Shown here piece by piece: positions 44,424 to 53,904 of a DNA stretch of 64,000 nt. The stretch comes from an uncultured Gammaproteobacteria bacterium (lineage in GTDB: Bacteria; Patescibacteriota; Microgenomatia; UBA12405), in contig CAYXDV010000001.1 of assembly GCA_964463925.1 (NCBI GenBank), positions 12,276 through 76,275 of the forward strand, given 5' to 3'. Position 1 is the stretch's first letter; every line of letters starts with the position of its first letter. Made by a program: the position numbers and the translations under genes. The notes below the pieces were generated by a model. It worked only from the letters and a program-made list of their open reading frames with translations, was not told where the DNA came from and made no database searches.

Positions 44424-46049
44424 ATGGGAAGTTTGATAATGAATTTGCTAGTAATTTTTTCCTTGGGTGCTTTGTTTTTAAAAACAATGGAGCTAGATGT
44501 GATCAAACACACATATTTCAAAAATCTGGCAAACAACAATCAGGTATATGAAAGTCCTATACTAGGAGCCAGAGGAACCATTTTTGACCGTAAAGATCGA
44601 GTTTTGGCCCAAAGTTTGTATCACTATTTTAAAAAACAGGACAATACGGTGGTATATGAGGGTAGTGATACTTATCAGGGACTACGATTTGAAGAAGCTG
44701 GGGTTTCCTATGAACTTAGGAGGAAATATCCTTATGGCGAGAGTATGTCGTTTTTGACCGGGTATGTAGCTAGACCACAAGAGCAAGAAGTAAATAACGT
44801 TGCATGTCCAAAACATTTAAATCCAAGATCTCTGGTTGGAAAGACCGGCTTGGAAGCTTGGTTTGATTGTCAGTTGCGCGGAGAAGATGGGAGCAGACTG
44901 GTTGAAGTTAATGCTAAAGGGAAGTTTGTTCGAGATTTGGGAAGACAAGCACCTATTCCCGGGGAAGATTTGAAACTAAGTATAGATGCTTATTATCAGC
45001 AAAAAGCTTTTGAAATGCTTTCTGGATTGAGGGCAGCGATGGTAGTTAGTGAGGTGAAGACAGGAAAGATTTTAGTGATGGCTTCCAATCCTGCTTATGA
45101 TCCAAATGACTTTTCTTATGTAACTGACAATCAAAAAATTACTAATTATTTAAAGGATGAGTTTAATAAGCCACTGCTAAATCGGGCAATTGCTGCTAGA
45201 TATCATCCTGGATCAGTATTTAAGATTGCGGTGGCCTCGGCTGGTTTGGCCGAAAAAATAGTTAGTGCGAATACTACTTTTTTGGATACCGGAAGTTTGA
45301 AAGTTGGTGAGTACGAATATCGAAATTGGTTATGGACCAAGCGTGGTGGGACCGATGGAATGGTTGATATGTATAAAGGTTTGCAGCGAAGCAATGATAT
45401 TTATTTTTACAAGCTGGGTGAGCTTTTGGGGCCCGATAGGATAAAAAAATGGGCTTTGTTGTATGGTGTTGGGGCAAAAACGGGGATTGAGCTGCCAGGG
45501 GAGATTGAAGGAATAATGCCCGATCCTACCTGGAAAAAAGAAAAGAAAGGAGAGAATTGGTATTTGGGAAATACGTATCATATGGCAATTGGGCAGGGAG
45601 ATGTAGATGTGACACCCCTGCAAATTAATGGAATGACTCAGGCCGTGGCAAATGATGGGCTGAGATGTAGGCCAAGTTTGTTACTAAATAAGTCTAGTGA
45701 CTGTAGCCAGCTACCGATTAGCCACGAGCAAATTAAAGTAATCCAAGAAGGTATGAACAGAGCATGTGCTCCTGGGGGGACTGCCTGGCCACTGTTTAAT
45801 TTTAAAAACAAAATTGCTTGCAAGACTGGAACTGCGCAAGTTGGAGATGGAAGTCTGGATACTCATGCTTGGCTGACGGCTTTTGCCCCAGCAGACGATC
45901 CGCAAATTGCCATAACGGTAATGGTAGAAAGGGGAGGAGAGGGCAGTGATGTGGCAGCACCAATTGTGGGAGATTTTTTGAAGTTGTGGTTGGGTGAACC
46001 GGAAACCAAAGTACCAAGAAAAGTTGATGGCAAGGTGATATCAGAGTAA
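44424..46049 (+). CDS. mrdA: penicillin-binding protein 2 (class B transpeptidase)
   Basis: N-terminal TM plus dimerisation domain; transpeptidase motifs (…PGSVFKI…, KTGTAQV). Confidence 0.85.
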   Translation: MGSLIMNLLVIFSLGALFLKTMELDVIKHTYFKNLANNNQVYESPILGARGTIFDRKDRVLAQSLYHYFKKQDNTVVYEGSDTYQGLRFEEAGVSYELRRKYPYGESMSFLTGYVARPQEQEVNNVACPKHLNPRSLVGKTGLEAWFDCQLRGEDGSRLVEVNAKGKFVRDLGRQAPIPGEDLKLSIDAYYQQKAFEMLSGLRAAMVVSEVKTGKILVMASNPAYDPNDFSYVTDNQKITNYLKDEFNKPLLNRAIAARYHPGSVFKIAVASAGLAEKIVSANTTFLDTGSLKVGEYEYRNWLWTKRGGTDGMVDMYKGLQRSNDIYFYKLGELLGPDRIKKWALLYGVGAKTGIELPGEIEGIMPDPTWKKEKKGENWYLGNTYHMAIGQGDVDVTPLQINGMTQAVANDGLRCRPSLLLNKSSDCSQLPISHEQIKVIQEGMNRACAPGGTAWPLFNFKNKIACKTGTAQVGDGSLDTHAWLTAFAPADDPQIAITVMVERGGEGSDVAAPIVGDFLKLWLGEPETKVPRKVDGKVISE

Positions 46050-46053
46050 ATAA

Positions 46054-48129
46054 TTGACAACTAGTGATAGTATAGAGACAATGGCAAATATGGCATACAA
46101 ACTTCTAGTGGTGGAGTCGCCGACTAAAGCGAAAACAATTGGTAAATATTTAGGTGGCGAATATAAAGTTTTGGCTACAGTTGGCCATTTAAGAGATTTA
46201 CCTAGTAGTAAAATGGGGGTGGATACAGAAAATGATTTTGAGCCTACATATGTGGTTGATAAGGAAAAACAAAGCGTAGTAAATGATTTACGAGCGCAAG
46301 CAGAAGGAGCTAGTTGTGTATTGTTAGCCACGGACCCTGACCGAGAGGGGGAAGCAATTGCTTGGCATGTGAAAGAGCTAATGATAAAAAAGGATAGTGA
46401 TTCTGAAGTGGCAGCTGGTGCCAAGAAAAAAAAGAAAAAGGCAGAAAATTTTGAGCCAATTGATATAGATTTGATTAAAAGAGTAACTTTTCATGAAATT
46501 ACTAAAAGTGCAATTGAAGAAGCTTTGAAAAAACCGCGTCAAATTGATTTGGATTTAGTAGATGCCCAGCAAGCAAGAAGAATACTAGATAGGCTGGTTG
46601 GCTATCAGTTGTCTCCCATCTTATGGCGAAAAGTTAGACGTGGATTGTCGGCCGGGAGGGTGCAATCGGTTGCGGTTCGTTTGATTTGTGAGCGAGAGGT
46701 GGAGATTGCCAAATTTGTTAAAAGAAAATTTTTTAGAGTGCTTTTGAAGATTGGTAAGGGCAATTTGGATTTTGAAGCTGAACTAGTGGAGTTTTCCAAT
46801 AAAAAGGTAGAAATAAAAAACAAAATTGAATTGTTTGATGGTGAGTATACTTATGGCAGTACTATTTTTGAGGAAAAAGAGAGAGTAGAAGAAGCTATAA
46901 ATTCTTTTGGAACTGAATATAAAGTTGAAAAAGTAGCCGAAAAAGAGATTGGCAGGCACCCATTGCCACCATTCACGACTTCCAAATTGCAGCAGGCAGC
47001 TGCATCGAAATTTGGTTGGTCTGGTAAATTAACCATGAGCGCTGCTCAAAAGTTATATGAAAAGGGATGGATTACTTATCACAGAACTGATGCTACCTAC
47101 ATGTCGCCGCAGGCTGTGGATTCTTTTCGCCAATATATAGGTGAGAATTTTGGTAAAAATTATGTTCCAGATAAGCCAAGATTTTACGCAACAAAATCAA
47201 AAAATGCCCAAGAAGCTCACGAGGCAATTAGACCAACTAAAGTTGAAAGATTGGGAGATGCTTTAAAAGAACCCAGAGAGAAAAAACTTTACGAGCTAAT
47301 TTGGAAGCGGGCAGTAAGTTCACAGGCTGCTTCGGCAAGAGTAGCTAAAACAAATATACATTTGAGTAACCAAAAAGGATTGTTTAGAGCTGAAGGCCTT
47401 AGGGTGGTATTTGATGGTTATTTAAAGATTTATGGAACTCAAATAGAAGAGCAAGTATTACCACAGCTGGCAGCGGGTGATTTGCTGGAAAAGGGCGAGC
47501 TTGTGGTAAATGAACATGAAACTAGTTGTCCGCCCAGGTATTCGGATGCTTCCCTAGTGGCCAGCTTGGAGAGGCAAGGGATAGGTAGACCAAGTACTTA
47601 CGCTCCGATAATTTCCACTATTCTGACAAGGCAATATATAGAAAAAAATGAGGGTAGATTTTATCCTACGGCTTTGGGAGTAGCTGTAAATGGCTTTGTG
47701 GTTAAATATTTTCCCAAGATAGTAGATTTGCCGTTTACGGCAGGGATGGAGAATGAGCTAGATAGGGTGGCTAACGGAAAACGTTCCTGGAGAAAAATGA
47801 TGGCTGATTTTTGGCTGGATTTTAAGCCAACTGTAGACAAGGTAGGTAAAGAATCTGAGCGAGTAGCCGTGGCGGTGGAGCAAACTGGACGCAAATGTCC
47901 TGATTGTGGAGAAGGGGATTTGGTAATCAGAATGGGTAGATTTGGGAAGTTTATTGCCTGTTCCAGATTTCCAGAATGCAAACATACGGAACAAATTAAG
48001 GAAGTGGTGGATTGGAAGTGCCCCGAATGTGGCAGTGAAGTGGTAATTAGGAGAAGCAAAAAGGGACGCAAATTCTTTGGTTGTTCCAAATATCCTACCT
48101 GCAAATGGGCAGGCTGGAAGAAACCATAA
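46054..48129 (+). CDS. topA: DNA topoisomerase I with C-terminal zinc ribbons
   Basis: TOPRIM (LVVVESPTKAKTIGKYLG…DPDREGEAIAWH) plus two CxxC...CxxC ribbons at the C-terminus. Confidence 0.95.
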   Translation: MTTSDSIETMANMAYKLLVVESPTKAKTIGKYLGGEYKVLATVGHLRDLPSSKMGVDTENDFEPTYVVDKEKQSVVNDLRAQAEGASCVLLATDPDREGEAIAWHVKELMIKKDSDSEVAAGAKKKKKKAENFEPIDIDLIKRVTFHEITKSAIEEALKKPRQIDLDLVDAQQARRILDRLVGYQLSPILWRKVRRGLSAGRVQSVAVRLICEREVEIAKFVKRKFFRVLLKIGKGNLDFEAELVEFSNKKVEIKNKIELFDGEYTYGSTIFEEKERVEEAINSFGTEYKVEKVAEKEIGRHPLPPFTTSKLQQAAASKFGWSGKLTMSAAQKLYEKGWITYHRTDATYMSPQAVDSFRQYIGENFGKNYVPDKPRFYATKSKNAQEAHEAIRPTKVERLGDALKEPREKKLYELIWKRAVSSQAASARVAKTNIHLSNQKGLFRAEGLRVVFDGYLKIYGTQIEEQVLPQLAAGDLLEKGELVVNEHETSCPPRYSDASLVASLERQGIGRPSTYAPIISTILTRQYIEKNEGRFYPTALGVAVNGFVVKYFPKIVDLPFTAGMENELDRVANGKRSWRKMMADFWLDFKPTVDKVGKESERVAVAVEQTGRKCPDCGEGDLVIRMGRFGKFIACSRFPECKHTEQIKEVVDWKCPECGSEVVIRRSKKGRKFFGCSKYPTCKWAGWKKP

Positions 48130-48151
48130 AAGTGTGATATAATGTGAATCT

Positions 48152-48604
48152 ATGAGTACAAAATATTTAAAAGAATTGATTGGACAATTGGAAGATGCTG
48201 CTGGTGTGGAAAATAAAGCGGCGGAGTTATTTAAAGGCATGGGTGGTAGGCATGATCCTGACAAACTAGATGTAGCTCTTGCCAAGGCTGCATCTCAACA
48301 GCAAGAATTTCGTTCTGTTTTGAGCGATAAACTGCTCGTACAGGCTGCAGAATTGCGCGATTGGGAAAGTGTTAGGGGTCAACCGAAGAAGGGCAATACG
48401 GTATCTGAGGGTGATGTTGTTGCTACAGTAGAAGAAGGAAAATTATTTATGATAAGGCATGGAGCTGGTAGACAGTTAGAAGATGGGGTTACTGCAGTTA
48501 GTCCAGATTCTCCAGTTGGAAAGGCGGTTATGGGAATGAAAAGTGGCCAGATTGGAACCGTCTATTTGCCAGGCGGCATAACTGGCAAAATAACACTAAA
48601 ATAA
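48152..48604 (+). CDS. GreA/GreB-family transcript cleavage factor-like protein
   Basis: C-terminal FKBP-like domain (…DVVATVEEGKLFMIRHGAGRQLEDG…SPDSPVGKAVMGMKSGQ) and an N-terminal coiled-coil-like region. Confidence 0.6.
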   Translation: MSTKYLKELIGQLEDAAGVENKAAELFKGMGGRHDPDKLDVALAKAASQQQEFRSVLSDKLLVQAAELRDWESVRGQPKKGNTVSEGDVVATVEEGKLFMIRHGAGRQLEDGVTAVSPDSPVGKAVMGMKSGQIGTVYLPGGITGKITLK

Positions 48605-48837
48605 TTTTGGTACTTGACTGGCCTATAGTTTTAGTGTAGATTAGATTAGTTATTTATTAATAATCCCACTATGACAGTTCATAGTCATGAAGTGATTAGT
48701 AGTAAGGTAAAAGCTAAAACTGGTTCTGAACAACCAAAGAAGGTTGAATCGGCTAATCCAGGTTTTGTTTATTGTGATGTCTGCAAAAGCTGGCACACTC
48801 TTCCTTTGTGTGGCTAACTTGTGGTTTTTTTTAATTT

Positions 48838-48875
48838 AAAGAAGGGAGGAGAGTGATCTCCCCCCTTCTTTTGTT
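48838..48875 (+). terminator. hairpin plus T-run (plus orientation) at the convergent gene junction
   Basis: GAAGGGAGGAgagtgatcTCCCCCCTTC followed by TTTTGTT. Confidence 0.4.
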
Positions 48876-51042
48876 AATTGGATTTGGGTTTGCCCCAGCG
48901 TTCTTGGGATACACGAACTAAGCGTTCCCGACCTTGATTTTTGCATTCTAGAGGTGGAAGGGTAGTAGCGTAGAAGGGTTCTTGAGTTTGAGAATCAATG
49001 GAAAGCTTGGCTAGAATTTGATATTTACCAATTTTAACTAGGTCTTCGGCTGGGAAGTTGGGACCAAATTCGCGGGTAAGAATGGCGGCATCCTGGGAGC
49101 CTACAACGTAGGAAAGCAGTGTACCAACATTTCCTAAAATGGCATCTTGAATGGTTCGATCCAGCTGGGACATGTACTGGTTAGCAACAATTAGATTTAG
49201 CCTAAATTTACGGGCTTCGGAAAGAATTTTGATAAAGGCTTCGGTAGCAAAGTTTTGAAACTCATCGACATACAAATAAAAATCTTTACGTTCATCTGTA
49301 GCTAAATGAACCCGATTCATGGCAGAAAGTTGGATTTGGGTGATGAGCATGGCACCCAAAAGGGCACTATTGTCTTCGCCTAGCCGCCCTGTAGATAAAT
49401 CGGCAATCAGGATTTTGCCTTCATTCATTATCTGTTCAACGTTGACCTTGCTTTTGGCCTGAGAAACGGTGTTGCGAATATTACTACTAGATAGGAATTG
49501 ACCGACTTTGTTGAGAATTGGAGAAATGGCCTCAATTTGCAATTTTTGGTCCATTTTTTCAAATTCATACTGCCAAAAGTTTAAAAGAGTTGGCGGAATA
49601 CCTGGGGTGGCAAGTAACTTTTTGCGATAGGCAGAATTGGTAAGCAAATCAATAATATTTCCAAGGTGAGTATTGGGTGCATAAACCAGAGTCAAAATAG
49701 TATTGCGTAGAATATGTTCAAGCCTGGGTCCCCAGGAGGTATTTCCGTATAATTTTTTAAAAATTGAAACTACCCCCGAGGCTACTAATTCCCGTTGAGA
49801 ATCTGAATAGATTTCTAGGACATTTAGGGGATATATATAATCTGGGTCGGCTGGATTAAAATAGCAGGTATCGTTGACCCGGGAGCTGGGGATGTAATCT
49901 AGGATAGTTTGGGATAAATCGCCGTGGGGGTCGATAATGGCTACGCCTTTGCCCTTGCGGATATCGTCTACCGCCATGTTGGCAATGAGGGTGGTTTTTC
50001 CGGTTCCCGATTTACCAATGATATAAGTGTGTCGGCGCCGGTCTTCGCCATCTCGAATGCCAAAAATGGTTTCTTTGTTCCTGAATTCAGTTTTGGCAAA
50101 ATAGGTGGTTTGGTTTTTTTCTTCGGTGGTGGCGTTGGTGGCTACTGGTAAATTCTCGGGAGGATCGGCATAAAGAGTTTTTCCCCAAGCGATATTAGGT
50201 AGTTTTGTTAGCTTGGTTGGCGGATGCCACAAGAGGGCTAACTCTTCGCTATTAAGGATTTGTTTTTTTAAACGGCGACGAAGCTGGCGATTTTTTAAAC
50301 TGGAAATTAGGGTGGGTTTGACTAGGGGATTTGGGAGGCTTGACAAGAGCAGGTTGCCCCTAGGGTTGCTATAAATTCCAAAGGAAGAAGTAACGGCGGT
50401 TAGCAAAACGGGATTGGTAGAGGCCAAATTAATCTGGCAAACCAGACCTGGAAACTGGATTTTTTGTTCAAAAATCTGCCGATCAGGATGCGGTTGCCGT
50501 AGATTTTTGGTAGCATCTATTACAATTCCGTTTTGGATTAAAGAAAAAGTGTGATTTTGCCAGGAAGAAGAAGCTGGAGAAAGTAATATTTGGTAAAGGA
50601 AAAAATCCTGATTTTGACTGCTGCGCGAGAGGGGGGCCAAAACAGAAGTAAGCGGATCGACTTCCCGAAATTCTTTGGCGGATTTGAGCGGATAGGAGGC
50701 ATTTTTACTAAAAGCCATTTGGGCAAGGGACAATTTGGAAAAGTCCAAAGAATTCAAATAATCTTCTTTTGGTTCTAAAAAAAGGGCAGTGGGAAACTGG
50801 CCTAAAAACTGAGATTTTATATATTCAGATAGGTTAGGAGGAGCTAAAATATAAAAATGGATTTGCCCCTGGGATAGGACAATTTCTAAGGAAGTGAGTA
50901 AATGGTGGTGCTTAAAAATTTTTTCAGAAAAAGTTTTTTTGAGGCTGTGGGTTAGGGTAGCAAAAAAGGAGTTGGCCGATTCTATAGTATATTCATTATT
51001 TTGGGGCAAACGGACTTCGTAGCAAATTAGGGCAGAAGACAT
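48874..51042 (-). CDS. FtsK/HerA/TraD-superfamily P-loop ATPase (VirB4/T4CP-like; AAA-like DUF87 type)
   Basis: Walker A IIGKSGTGKTTL near the middle; Walker B-like FYLYVDEFQNFATE; then ...RKFRLNLIVANQYMSQL. No TM segments. About a 320-aa N-terminal domain of unknown function. Confidence 0.6.
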   Translation of the reverse strand: MSSALICYEVRLPQNNEYTIESANSFFATLTHSLKKTFSEKIFKHHHLLTSLEIVLSQGQIHFYILAPPNLSEYIKSQFLGQFPTALFLEPKEDYLNSLDFSKLSLAQMAFSKNASYPLKSAKEFREVDPLTSVLAPLSRSSQNQDFFLYQILLSPASSSWQNHTFSLIQNGIVIDATKNLRQPHPDRQIFEQKIQFPGLVCQINLASTNPVLLTAVTSSFGIYSNPRGNLLLSSLPNPLVKPTLISSLKNRQLRRRLKKQILNSEELALLWHPPTKLTKLPNIAWGKTLYADPPENLPVATNATTEEKNQTTYFAKTEFRNKETIFGIRDGEDRRRHTYIIGKSGTGKTTLIANMAVDDIRKGKGVAIIDPHGDLSQTILDYIPSSRVNDTCYFNPADPDYIYPLNVLEIYSDSQRELVASGVVSIFKKLYGNTSWGPRLEHILRNTILTLVYAPNTHLGNIIDLLTNSAYRKKLLATPGIPPTLLNFWQYEFEKMDQKLQIEAISPILNKVGQFLSSSNIRNTVSQAKSKVNVEQIMNEGKILIADLSTGRLGEDNSALLGAMLITQIQLSAMNRVHLATDERKDFYLYVDEFQNFATEAFIKILSEARKFRLNLIVANQYMSQLDRTIQDAILGNVGTLLSYVVGSQDAAILTREFGPNFPAEDLVKIGKYQILAKLSIDSQTQEPFYATTLPPLECKNQGRERLVRVSQERWGKPKSN

Positions 51043-51892
51043 AGTTGATTATAGGGGAGGTGTGGGCCTGTGTCGAGGTTGCATATGTGCTGTGTTAGAA
51101 GCGATAGTATTTATCTACTAGATTGGTGGGGGATGGGAGTTTAAGATGGAGTATGGCTGGTGGTAAAGATAAGGAAAAGAAAGGACTGGGGATTGGGGAA
51201 ATGCAAGGGCGAGGGTGGCTTCCCGGGTGGGGTGTAAGAGATAAAAGTGCTATGGGTGGTTTGTTGGTTGCAGCTTTTGGACAAGGTGGCGGAGTGGAAA
51301 AATCAGAGCCCGTCAAAAGATATAGTTTTCCGGAACCTGCTATTGAGACTCCAAATGAGAAAGAAGGGGACAAGCCAGTACAACTAGGCTTGGGCCTGTG
51401 GCTGGAACACTAAACTAATTATAGGCTTGATTTTTCAAATAAATGGGTTATAATAAGTCATTTTAGGTATAAAAATAGCCCTAGAAAAACCAAAGTCATA
51501 GCGATTTTGGAATTGTCTTTGGCTGTTCTTTAACATTCTGGACTCAATTAACCTTGGGTGGGGTTGTGGGAGAAGTAAATTACTTTTGCCATAACTCCAT
51601 CCAAGGAGGTGGAAAATACGTAATTAAATAAAAAATCATCTAAACTCCTACTCGGAAAACCAAAAAACAAGTAAAAAACAAGCCAAGTAAGAACAAAATG
51701 AAATATTTTAGTAAATTTGCCACCGGCAAAAGAGGAATGCGCTCTATCAGACGTGCAGTCAAAGATCGCTGCCGTCGTTTTAGGGGATCTGCGGTTAGCC
51801 TTGTAATCCAATCCCCAACACTCGATGCGGCGCAATTGCCGAGTCCCAAGGTTCCGTTGGGAAAGTTACCTAGGAAACCTTAGGGCGTTTTT

Positions 51893-51922
51893 ATCGTGTG
51901 CGGGCTTTCGCCCGCACACGAT
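51893..51922. repeat. perfect 13-bp-stem hairpin flanked by a GGCGTTTTTA direct repeat
   Basis: ATCGTGTGCGGGC-TTTC-GCCCGCACACGAT. GGCGTTTTTATCGTGTG lies immediately 5' and AAGGCGTTTTTAGTGTG lies 3'. Confidence 0.45.
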
Positions 51923-52235
51923 AAGTCAGAATTTAATAAAAGGCGTTTTTAGTGTGCCAGTTGGCAAAAATTGAAAAAGAAAAAATTGAGTCCAGAATGT
52001 GTTTATATCTATACATAATTGGATGAATATATTTCAATATAAAAGCAAGAATTTTTAAGAGCTGTGTACTATACGGTGGAAGGAGGTGGTAGATTTAGAT
52101 TGAAAGTCGGACCGTTTTCCAAATCTGTGGAATTGCAGGCAATCGATGCGGTGAAAGGGGATAGACAAGCTACAGATAGAATGGAATGGTTTTTTGGTAG
52201 CAGATAAAAAACACTCGGTGTTTTGGTAGCTATAC

Positions 52236-52263
52236 TTGACAAACCTAACTTTTTGGATATAAT
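52236..52263 (+). promoter_or_regulatory. consensus sigma70 promoter (TTGACA-N16-TATAAT)
   Basis: TTGACA at 52236-52241 and TATAAT at 52258-52263. The downstream ATG at 52273 is about 3 nt from the predicted TSS, so the mRNA is leaderless or nearly so. Confidence 0.55.
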
Positions 52264-52272
52264 ATATGTTAT

Positions 52273-52731
52273 ATGAGTCTAAAAGAAACAATAATGGGTT
52301 GGGTTTGCGAAAGAAGAGGTTTTCCAGTTCTGGATAAAACTGTTTTTTTATCTAATAATACTGATGAGGCGATTGCCGGAGCCTTAGGTCAAGCTTATCA
52401 GGCTGTTGTTGGTTCTGGGTTAAGAGTAGACGAAACAAGCCTATATAACGCACTTGCAGGCGCTCGGCATGCTCTTGTGCGTCTACGAGGGGATACTCTT
52501 TTATCTGACGGTACTGGTTCGGTTAATGTTATGATGTCTCATAAGGGTTCTGTTACTGCGAGAGTAGCTGGTTTTAATATCTGGTCTATGTCTGGCATAC
52601 AGATTAATGGATGTGAGAGATATGCCCGATCTGAAAGGCCTGAATCTCTTACTCCAGATGAGTCTGAGGCAGTTGCCAATTTCAAAAATCTGGCAAATTG
52701 TGGACAGACTATTAGTAATGATCCGTGGTAA
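52273..52731 (+). CDS. hypothetical protein (first of three co-directional small genes)
   Basis: 152 aa, soluble, no recognised motif. Intergenic gaps to the next genes are 39 and 5 nt. Confidence 0.5.
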   Translation: MSLKETIMGWVCERRGFPVLDKTVFLSNNTDEAIAGALGQAYQAVVGSGLRVDETSLYNALAGARHALVRLRGDTLLSDGTGSVNVMMSHKGSVTARVAGFNIWSMSGIQINGCERYARSERPESLTPDESEAVANFKNLANCGQTISNDPW

Positions 52732-52770
52732 AAATTATAAGTTGATTTTTTGAAAAAAATAAAATAAATT

Positions 52771-53232
52771 ATGCCAGGAACAGCATTAGAGAAATTAGCT
52801 CAAGTTTTTGGTTTAGCAAAGAAAGAAAAGCCAAAAGTGGATCCTAGAATTGTCAGAGCCAAACAATTGGCGAGTAGGGGTCCTTATGGGGCTAACGTGG
52901 GATTTGCAGATGAGGATATTGCTGCAAATGCACAAAGTCAATTGGACTTTAATCCTACCACTGGTGTCTTTGAATCTAGTGACATTTTAACTTCTGGTTT
53001 TAATGCTATTGCTCCTCCAATTGAGGGTGTTGATGACGGTTTTGATCTTTCTGTTCGTATGCAAGCAAAGGCATTTTCCCAGACAGATCCTAGAGATGGT
53101 AGATTATCACATAGAAAAATTGCAGTCGTAATTGAAGGAGGACATGGCTTAAAAGGGTTTGCTGATGCTTATGTTGGTAATAAAATTGTTCCACCTGATC
53201 CTAAACAACCTCCTAAAAAGGGTAAACATTAA
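52771..53232 (+). CDS. hypothetical protein
   Basis: 153 aa, Gly/Asp-rich, Lys-rich C-terminal tail (KQPPKKGKH). Confidence 0.5.
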   Translation: MPGTALEKLAQVFGLAKKEKPKVDPRIVRAKQLASRGPYGANVGFADEDIAANAQSQLDFNPTTGVFESSDILTSGFNAIAPPIEGVDDGFDLSVRMQAKAFSQTDPRDGRLSHRKIAVVIEGGHGLKGFADAYVGNKIVPPDPKQPPKKGKH

Positions 53233-53237
53233 AACTC

Positions 53238-53558
53238 ATGACTAATGTAGATAAGTCTAATAGTGGTTTTAGGGCTTGGTTAGCTGGTTTATTGTCTAAG
53301 GGTGGTTCTAAAGTATTTTTTTCTGATGGACAATTAGCAGCAGGAAGTAGCGTAGAAAAAGGAGGGGAAGAAATTAGGTTTGGATCTGAAGCCCAAGGGA
53401 TTAGAACCACAGTTGAAGTTAATCAAATAATTGCTGCTCAGCTGGGTAAACAGGGAATTCGATTTAGTATCACATCACGGGCAGTTCGGCCCACTGGAGG
53501 TGTAGTTGAGGCTGGAATAAGTAATCAAAGCAGGGGAGTACAACCTAAGAAAAAGTAG
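53238..53558 (+). CDS. hypothetical protein
   Basis: 106 aa, Gly/Ser-rich, basic tail (RGVQPKKK). Confidence 0.5.
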   Translation: MTNVDKSNSGFRAWLAGLLSKGGSKVFFSDGQLAAGSSVEKGGEEIRFGSEAQGIRTTVEVNQIIAAQLGKQGIRFSITSRAVRPTGGVVEAGISNQSRGVQPKKK

Positions 53559-53609
53559 AGCAGATTCAAATACACTCAATTCTGATTTTTTGGAAAAAGT
53601 TTTAAAGAT

Positions 53610-53647
53610 GCAGAGTAGTAGAGGGGGTTTAACCCATTCTACTCTGC
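53610..53647. terminator. hairpin between convergent operons
   Basis: GCAGAGTAG-(20 nt with nested GGGGG/CCC)-CTACTCTGC, with T-runs on the minus-strand side. Confidence 0.4.
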
Positions 53648-53673
53648 ACCTTCTATTCAGTTGTAGACACAGA

Positions 53674-53904
53674 TTATTGGTCGTCCCGTTTCCGGAACGG
53701 CCACATTCCGTCTGGCCAGGTCCTTCTAAAGGATCCTACTAGACCTACGAGGAAAAAAATGACAAGTAGAATGCCAAGGGCCTTATTTACAAAGACCCAT
53801 GGGTCTATGGAATCAAAGATCATCTGGGATGTCAGACATCCTAACCCCTCGAGAAGGATTAGGATATACAGACACCCTTTGTCGCTTTGCTTTCCCCCCT
53901 TCAT
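53674..53904 (-). CDS. small membrane protein (2 TM)
   Basis: 76 aa. Its start overlaps the upstream gene's stop by 4 nt. GC-rich codon usage. Confidence 0.5.
   Translation of the reverse strand: MKGGKQSDKGCLYILILLEGLGCLTSQMIFDSIDPWVFVNKALGILLVIFFLVGLVGSFRRTWPDGMWPFRKRDDQ

Noticed and set aside
45203-48285. Multiple minus-strand ORFs inside the PBP2 and topA genes
   Set aside because: Antisense artefacts of long, well-supported genes.
51095-51413. ORFs 51095-51373 (-) and 51123-51413 (+)
   Set aside because: Low-complexity Gly/Pro translations of the G-rich non-coding segment on both strands. No start context; treated as non-coding.
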